Assembly (NCBI GenBank): GCA_035532475.1
Contig: DATKQY010000061.1
Location: 16,669-80,668, forward strand
Direction: 5' to 3'
Length of the DNA: 64,000 bases
Source of the DNA: Acidimicrobiales bacterium
GTDB lineage: Bacteria; Actinomycetota; Acidimicrobiia; Acidimicrobiales; Bog-793
The position numbers and the translations under genes were made by a program. This document shows, piece after piece, positions 59,321 to 64,000 of the stretch. Every line of letters begins with the position of its first letter. The first letter of the stretch is position 1. The notes beneath the pieces were generated by a model. It made no database searches and had not been told where the DNA came from. It saw only the letters and a list, made by a program, of their open reading frames with translations.

Positions 59321-59340
59321 GCTAGTACCGTAGTCGGCCT

Positions 59341-62040
59341 ATGCCAGCCGCTTTCCAGGACGTGAACGGCGCCGGCGGACCCGGCGTCGCAGCACGCGAG
59401 ACGTCCTCCCCGGCCGAGGACGCCGACTCGTCGCGCTCGGCGGACGACGCGGCGGTCGCCACGAGCCGGGTGCCCCAGCGGCCCGCCCTCGAGGGCCTCG
59501 AGGAGCGCTGGAGCCGGCAGTGGGAGGAGTGGGGCACCTACCGGTTCGACGCCTCACGTCCGCGTGACGAGGTCTTCGCCATCGACACGCCGCCGCCGAC
59601 GGTCTCGGGATCGCTCCACGTCGGCCACGTCTTCTCCTTCGCCCAGACCGACGTGGTCGCTCGCTTCTGGCGCATGCGGGGCAAGGCCCTCTTCTACCCG
59701 ATCGGCTGGGACGACAACGGTCTCGCGACGGAACGCCGCGTCCAGAACCACTTCGGGGTCCGCTGCGACCCGAGCCAGCCGTACGACGCGAGCTTCGCCA
59801 CGCCGAGCGAGCCTGCGGCGGAGCCGCTCGCGATCTCGCGGCTGAACTTCATCGAGCTCTGCCGCCAGCTGACCGCCGAGGACGAGCAGGCATTCGAAGG
59901 GCTGTTCCGGCGGATCGGGCTCTCCGTCGACTGGAGCCTGCAGTACACGACGATCGGCGAGTCGGCGCGCCGCATCTCCCAGCGCGCCTTCCTCCGCATG
60001 CTCGCAGACGGCCAGGCCTACCGCCACGAGGCGCCGACGCTGTGGGACGTCGACTTCCGCTCAGCGATCGCCCAGGCCGAACTCGCCGACAAGGAGGTCG
60101 CAGGCGCCTACCACCGAATCCGCTTCGCCCGCCGCGACGGCGGACCGCCCGTCGAGATCGAGACCACCCGCCCCGAGCTCATCCCCGCGTGCGTGGCGCT
60201 CGTCGCGCACCCCAACGACGAGCGCTACCGGCCGCTGTTCGACACGACGGTGCTCACGCCGCTGTTCGGTGTCGAGGTGCCGGTCCTCGCCCACCACCTC
60301 GCCGAGCCGGAGAAGGGCTCGGGCATCGCCATGGTCTGCACCTTCGGTGACCTCACCGACGTCACGTGGTGGCGGGAGCTGTCGCTGCCGACACGGAGCG
60401 TCGTCGGTCGCAACGGGCGCCTCGAGCACGCGCCCTTCGGCGAGCCCGGCTGGGAGTCGGTCGACCCCGGGCGCGCCGGACGCTGCTACGCGGAGCTCGA
60501 GGGGCGCACGGTGAAGGCGGCCCAGCGGCGCATCGTCGAGCTGCTCCGCGACTCGGGCGACCTGGTCGGCGAGCCGCGACCGATCACACACTTCGTGAAG
60601 TTCTACGAGAAGGGCGAGCGCCCGCTCGAGATCGTCTCCTCGCGCCAGTGGTACGTGCGGACCATGGCGCTTCGCGAACGGCTGCTCGCCGCCGGGCGCG
60701 AGCTGGCCTGGCATCCGGAGTTCATGCGCGCCCGCTACGAGTCGTGGGTCGAGGGCCTGAACGGCGACTGGAACATCTCCCGGCAGCGCTTCTTCGGCGT
60801 GCCCTTCCCGGTCTGGTACCCCGTGCGGCCCGACGGCAGCGTCGACGACGACCACCCGATCCTCGCGCCGGAAAAGCGCCTCCCGGTCGACCCCTCCGCC
60901 GAGGCGCCCGACGGCTACGACGAGTCCCAGCGCGGGCTGCCCGGCGGCTTCGTCGGCGATCCCGACGTCATGGACACCTGGGCGACCTCCTCGCTCACGC
61001 CCCACATCGCGGCGCGCTGGGAGGAGGACGGCGACGTCTTCGGCCGAGTCTTCCCGATGGATCTCCGGCCGCAGGGCCACGACATCATCCGGACCTGGCT
61101 GTTCACGACGGTGGTCCGCTCGCTCCTCCTCCACGAGGAGGTCCCCTGGCACCACGCCGCGCTCTCGGGATGGATCCTCGACCCCGACCGCAAGAAGATG
61201 TCGAAGTCGACGGGGAACGTCGTCGTGCCGACCGAGCCGCTCGACAAGCACGGCACCGACGCCGTTCGCTACTGGGCCGCCTCGGCGCGCCTCGGTGTCG
61301 ACACCGCCTTCGACGAGCAGCAGATGGTGATCGGCCGCAAGCTCGCGATGAAGGTGCTGCAGGCGAGCAAGTTCGTCGTGTCCCGCCTCGAAGGGGCGCC
61401 CGCCGGTGCGCCGGGGCGCCCCGGGGCGCTCGCGCCGCTCGACGCCGCGATGCTCGGGCGGCTCGCGCTCGTGGTCGCCGAGGCGACCTCGGCGCTCGAG
61501 GGCTACGACCACGCCCGCGCGCTCGAGCGCGTCGAGCAGTTCTTCTGGACCTTCTGCGACGACTACCTCGAGCTCGTGAAGGGCCGCGTCTACGCCAACC
61601 CGTCCGAGCGGGCCGAGCTCGCCGCCGGCGCCGCGTCGGCCCGATATGCGCTCGGCACGGCCCTCGGCGCGCTGTTGCGGCTGTTCGCACCGTTCCTCCC
61701 CTTCGCCACCGAGGAGGCCTGGTCCTGGTGGCGCGAGGCGTCCGTGCACCGGGCCCCGTGGCCGCTTCCCGCCGAGGTCGACCCGGGCCGCGAGGCGCCG
61801 CCGCCGGAGCTGCTCGACCACGTCGGTGCCGTCCTCGGTGAGGTGCGTCGGGCGAAGACGACCGCGAAGCGCTCGATGAAGGTGCCCGTCCGCCGGGTGG
61901 TCGTCACCGGTCCCGCCGCGGCCATCGGGCTCATCGGCTCGGCGCGCGGCGATCTCGCCGACGCCGGCAGGATCGCCGAGCTCGAGCTCGTCCCCGGCGA
62001 GGGCGACCTGCGCGTCGAGGTCGAGCTGGCGGAGGAGTAG
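59341..62040 (+). CDS. valS: Valine--tRNA ligase (type with the GWDDNGL motif)
   Basis: TPPPTVSGSLHVGHVFSF, YPIGWDDNGLATERRVQN, TTRPELIPACVALVAHPNDERY, KMSKSTGNVV. The first ~43 codons are low complexity; the in-frame GTG at 59470 is an alternative start. Confidence 0.85.
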   Translation: MPAAFQDVNGAGGPGVAARETSSPAEDADSSRSADDAAVATSRVPQRPALEGLEERWSRQWEEWGTYRFDASRPRDEVFAIDTPPPTVSGSLHVGHVFSFAQTDVVARFWRMRGKALFYPIGWDDNGLATERRVQNHFGVRCDPSQPYDASFATPSEPAAEPLAISRLNFIELCRQLTAEDEQAFEGLFRRIGLSVDWSLQYTTIGESARRISQRAFLRMLADGQAYRHEAPTLWDVDFRSAIAQAELADKEVAGAYHRIRFARRDGGPPVEIETTRPELIPACVALVAHPNDERYRPLFDTTVLTPLFGVEVPVLAHHLAEPEKGSGIAMVCTFGDLTDVTWWRELSLPTRSVVGRNGRLEHAPFGEPGWESVDPGRAGRCYAELEGRTVKAAQRRIVELLRDSGDLVGEPRPITHFVKFYEKGERPLEIVSSRQWYVRTMALRERLLAAGRELAWHPEFMRARYESWVEGLNGDWNISRQRFFGVPFPVWYPVRPDGSVDDDHPILAPEKRLPVDPSAEAPDGYDESQRGLPGGFVGDPDVMDTWATSSLTPHIAARWEEDGDVFGRVFPMDLRPQGHDIIRTWLFTTVVRSLLLHEEVPWHHAALSGWILDPDRKKMSKSTGNVVVPTEPLDKHGTDAVRYWAASARLGVDTAFDEQQMVIGRKLAMKVLQASKFVVSRLEGAPAGAPGRPGALAPLDAAMLGRLALVVAEATSALEGYDHARALERVEQFFWTFCDDYLELVKGRVYANPSERAELAAGAASARYALGTALGALLRLFAPFLPFATEEAWSWWREASVHRAPWPLPAEVDPGREAPPPELLDHVGAVLGEVRRAKTTAKRSMKVPVRRVVVTGPAAAIGLIGSARGDLADAGRIAELELVPGEGDLRVEVELAEE

Positions 62041-62155
62041 CCGGGCGGAGGCGGGGCGCCCGGCGCGGGCGACCCGGAGCGGCCGAGACGCCCTCCATCT
62101 CCACCGCCGACGCCTCCTCGGGGCCTCGCGGCCGACCGCTCGCGGCGCGATCCGA

Positions 62156-62185
62156 TTGACGACGGCTGAACGCGCTCGGTAGTTT
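62156..62185 (+). promoter_or_regulatory. Candidate promoter of the CoA-transferase operon: -35 TTGACG, 18-nt spacer, -10 TAGTTT
   Basis: ttgacgacggctgaacgcgctcggtagttt, located ~80 nt upstream of ATG 62267. Confidence 0.4.
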
Positions 62186-62196
62186 GTCCGAGTTGA

Positions 62197-62212
62197 GGAC
62201 GCATGTGCGTCC
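62197..62212. promoter_or_regulatory. Inverted repeat GGACGCA-tg-TGCGTCC just downstream of the candidate -10 (operator-like)
   Basis: 7-bp perfect arms with a 2-nt spacer, 12 nt after TAGTTT. Confidence 0.35.
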
Positions 62213-62266
62213 ATCGAACACCGTCGGCCGACTGGGTGCCGGCGCGGGAGCCACGAAGAGCACCGA

Positions 62267-63073
62267 ATGGCAGAGATTGCGAGCCTCGACGAGGCCGTTT
62301 CCTCGCTCGTCCACGACGGCGACAGCGTCGCGCTCGAGGGATTCACGCACCTCATCCCCTACGCGGCCGGGCACGAGATCATCCGACAGGGCCGGCGCGA
62401 GCTCACGATCGTGCGCCTCACGCCCGACGTCCTCTTCGACCAGCTCATCGGCGCGGGCTGCGCCCGGCGGATGGTCTTCTCCTGGGGGGGGAACCCCGGG
62501 GTCGGCTCGCTCCACCGCTTCCGCGACGCCGTCGAGACCGGCTGGCCGGTCCCGCTCGAGATCGAGGAGCACAGCCACGCCGGGCTGACGAACCGCTACG
62601 TGGCAGGCGCCTCGGGGCTTCCCTTCGCCGTGCTGCGGGGCTACGCCGGGACGGGACTACCGGCGCATACCGCCTCGATCGCCCCGATCACGTGCCCGTT
62701 CACCGGCGAGCAGCTCATGGCGGTGTCAGCGCTGCAGACCGACGTGTCGATCATCCACGCCCAACAGGCCGACCGTCAGGGCAACGTGCAGATGTGGGGC
62801 ATCACGGGCGTCCAGAAGGAAGCGGTGCTCTGCTCGAAGCGCTCGCTCGTCACCGTCGAGGAGCTCGTCGACGAGCTGGAGCCGCGCCCCGGCGCGGTCG
62901 TCCTCCCGTCCTGGGTCGTCACGGCGGTGTCGGAGGTCCCCGGCGGGGCCCACCCTTCCTACGCGTCGGGCTACTCGCAGCGCGACAATGCCTTCTACCA
63001 GGCCTGGGAGGCGATCAGCCGCGACCGGCAGGCGTTCGTCAGGTGGATGGAGGCCAATGTCCTCGCCGGTTGA
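62267..63073 (+). CDS. CoA-transferase subunit A (GctA/IpdA-like family)
   Basis: LDEAVSSLVHDGDSVALEGFTHLIPYAAGHEIIRQG...SIIHAQQADRQGNVQMWG...VPGGAHPSY. Confidence 0.8.
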   Translation: MAEIASLDEAVSSLVHDGDSVALEGFTHLIPYAAGHEIIRQGRRELTIVRLTPDVLFDQLIGAGCARRMVFSWGGNPGVGSLHRFRDAVETGWPVPLEIEEHSHAGLTNRYVAGASGLPFAVLRGYAGTGLPAHTASIAPITCPFTGEQLMAVSALQTDVSIIHAQQADRQGNVQMWGITGVQKEAVLCSKRSLVTVEELVDELEPRPGAVVLPSWVVTAVSEVPGGAHPSYASGYSQRDNAFYQAWEAISRDRQAFVRWMEANVLAG

Positions 63074-63830
63074 GGCCGCCGACGTCAGTGCCGACGACAT
63101 GATGATCGTGACCGCGGCCCGCGCGCTCGCGGGCCGACGGGTCTGCTTCGTCGGGATCGGGCTGCCGAGCACGGCCGCCAACCTCGCCCGGGCGACGACG
63201 AGCCCGGACATCGTCCTCGTCTACGAGTCGGGCGCGATCGGCGCGAAGCCCACCCGTCTGCCGCTGTCGATCGGCGACGGCGAGCTCGCCGACACCGCGG
63301 ATGCCGTCGTGTCGGTGCCGGAGATCTTCAACTACTGGCTGCAGGCCGGGCGCGTCGACGTGGGCTTCCTCGGCGCGGCCCAGATCGACCGCTACGCCAA
63401 CCTGAACAGCACGGTGATCGGCAACTACGACGAGCCGAAGGTGCGACTGCCCGGCGCAGGAGGCGCGCCGGAGATCGCGACCTCGAGCCGCGAGGTCTTC
63501 GTCCTCCTCCGCCAGAACACGCGCACCTTCGTCGACAGCGTCGACTTCGTCACCTCGGTCGGCTTCGGGAGCGGCCCCGGCGACCGCGAGCGCCTCGGGC
63601 TTCGCGGCAAGGGCCCCTCGCTCGTGATCACCGACCTCGGCGTCCTCGAGCCGCACCCGGTAACCTGCGAGCTCGTGCTCACCCGCGTCCACCCGGGGGT
63701 GGAGATCGACCAGGTGCGGTCGGCGACCGGCTGGGAGTTGCGCGTCGCCGACGACGTGCAGCGGACCGCCCCGCCGTCGCCGGAGGAGATGGTCGTCCTC
63801 CGGCGTCTCCAGGCGACCATCGGCTCGTGA
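63057..63830 (+). CDS. CoA-transferase subunit B
   Basis: ATG 63057 after GGATGGAGG, overlapping the subunit A end by 17 nt. [29 protein letters not shown]...ESGAIG...[12 protein letters not shown]...GAGGAPEIA. Confidence 0.8.
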   Translation: MSSPVEAADVSADDMMIVTAARALAGRRVCFVGIGLPSTAANLARATTSPDIVLVYESGAIGAKPTRLPLSIGDGELADTADAVVSVPEIFNYWLQAGRVDVGFLGAAQIDRYANLNSTVIGNYDEPKVRLPGAGGAPEIATSSREVFVLLRQNTRTFVDSVDFVTSVGFGSGPGDRERLGLRGKGPSLVITDLGVLEPHPVTCELVLTRVHPGVEIDQVRSATGWELRVADDVQRTAPPSPEEMVVLRRLQATIGS

Positions 63831-64000
63831 GCGACCCAGTCCTCGTCCTCGACGGGGTGCGCACCCCGTTCGGCCGCTACGGCGGAGCGCTCGCCGCGAC
63901 ACGCCCGGATGACCTCGCCGCCCACGTCGTGCGCAGCGTGGTCTCGCGGACGGCCGGGCTCGATCCCGGGGGGGTCGACGACGTCTACCTCGGCAACGCC
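63827..64000 (+). CDS. Acetyl-CoA C-acyltransferase (thiolase), N-terminal fragment running off the right edge
   Basis: GTG 63827 (GTGA overlap). My translation is [58 protein letters not shown], a typical thiolase N-terminus. Confidence 0.8.
   Translation, partial: MSDPVLVLDGVRTPFGRYGGALAATRPDDLAAHVVRSVVSRTAGLDPGGVDDVYLGNA

Noticed and set aside
60061-62355. 764-aa minus ORF antisense to valS
   Set aside because: It is a shadow ORF. valS carries HIGH and KMSKS motifs and editing-domain signatures on the plus strand.

Overview
Very high-G+C, gene-dense bacterial chromosomal window (by eye about 70% G+C or more). GTG starts, many 4-nt start/stop overlaps, leaderless-looking promoters and the gene content (GAF-ANTAR, NarL/LuxR regulators, GlgE pathway) suggest an Actinomycetota-like organism; this is inference only. 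I call 49 CDS. I found no rRNA, tRNA, CRISPR array or mobile element. Order of blocks: (1) partial dgt, a GAF-ANTAR regulator, a sensor-less histidine kinase and two LuxR-type response regulators (1-4361). (2) An eight-gene, translationally coupled glycan-assembly cluster (4484-17189): two GT2 enzymes, a 940-aa PRTase-like/kinase-like/HAD fusion, a Wzx-like flippase fused to an APH-type kinase, a GT2 fused to a ~14-TM domain, a small 4-TM protein, a CE4 deacetylase and a membrane-anchored GH16. This is my best candidate for an undescribed system. (3) An S9 peptidase flanked by a second, inverted GH16 paralog. (4) An Fe-S module: mrp, divergent from a SufR-like regulator and a cysteine desulfurase. 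(5) A NUDIX gene and a complete System I cytochrome c maturation operon, ccmABCDEFGH plus a CcmI-like gene. (6) An orphan gmd. (7) A ~15-kb alpha-glucan/trehalose operon (GT4-glgE-treS/mak-malQ-glgB-treZ-treY) with convergent glgX. (8) usp and csp. (9) An L-arabinose regulon (araB, araR, araA, araD, araM-like) with an ~840-nt ORF-free leader behind a near-consensus promoter and a LacI/AraR-type operator. (10) Divergent cysS and valS, then a CoA-transferase A/B and thiolase operon. Most long ORFs in the track that lie antisense to or out of frame with these genes are high-GC shadow ORFs.
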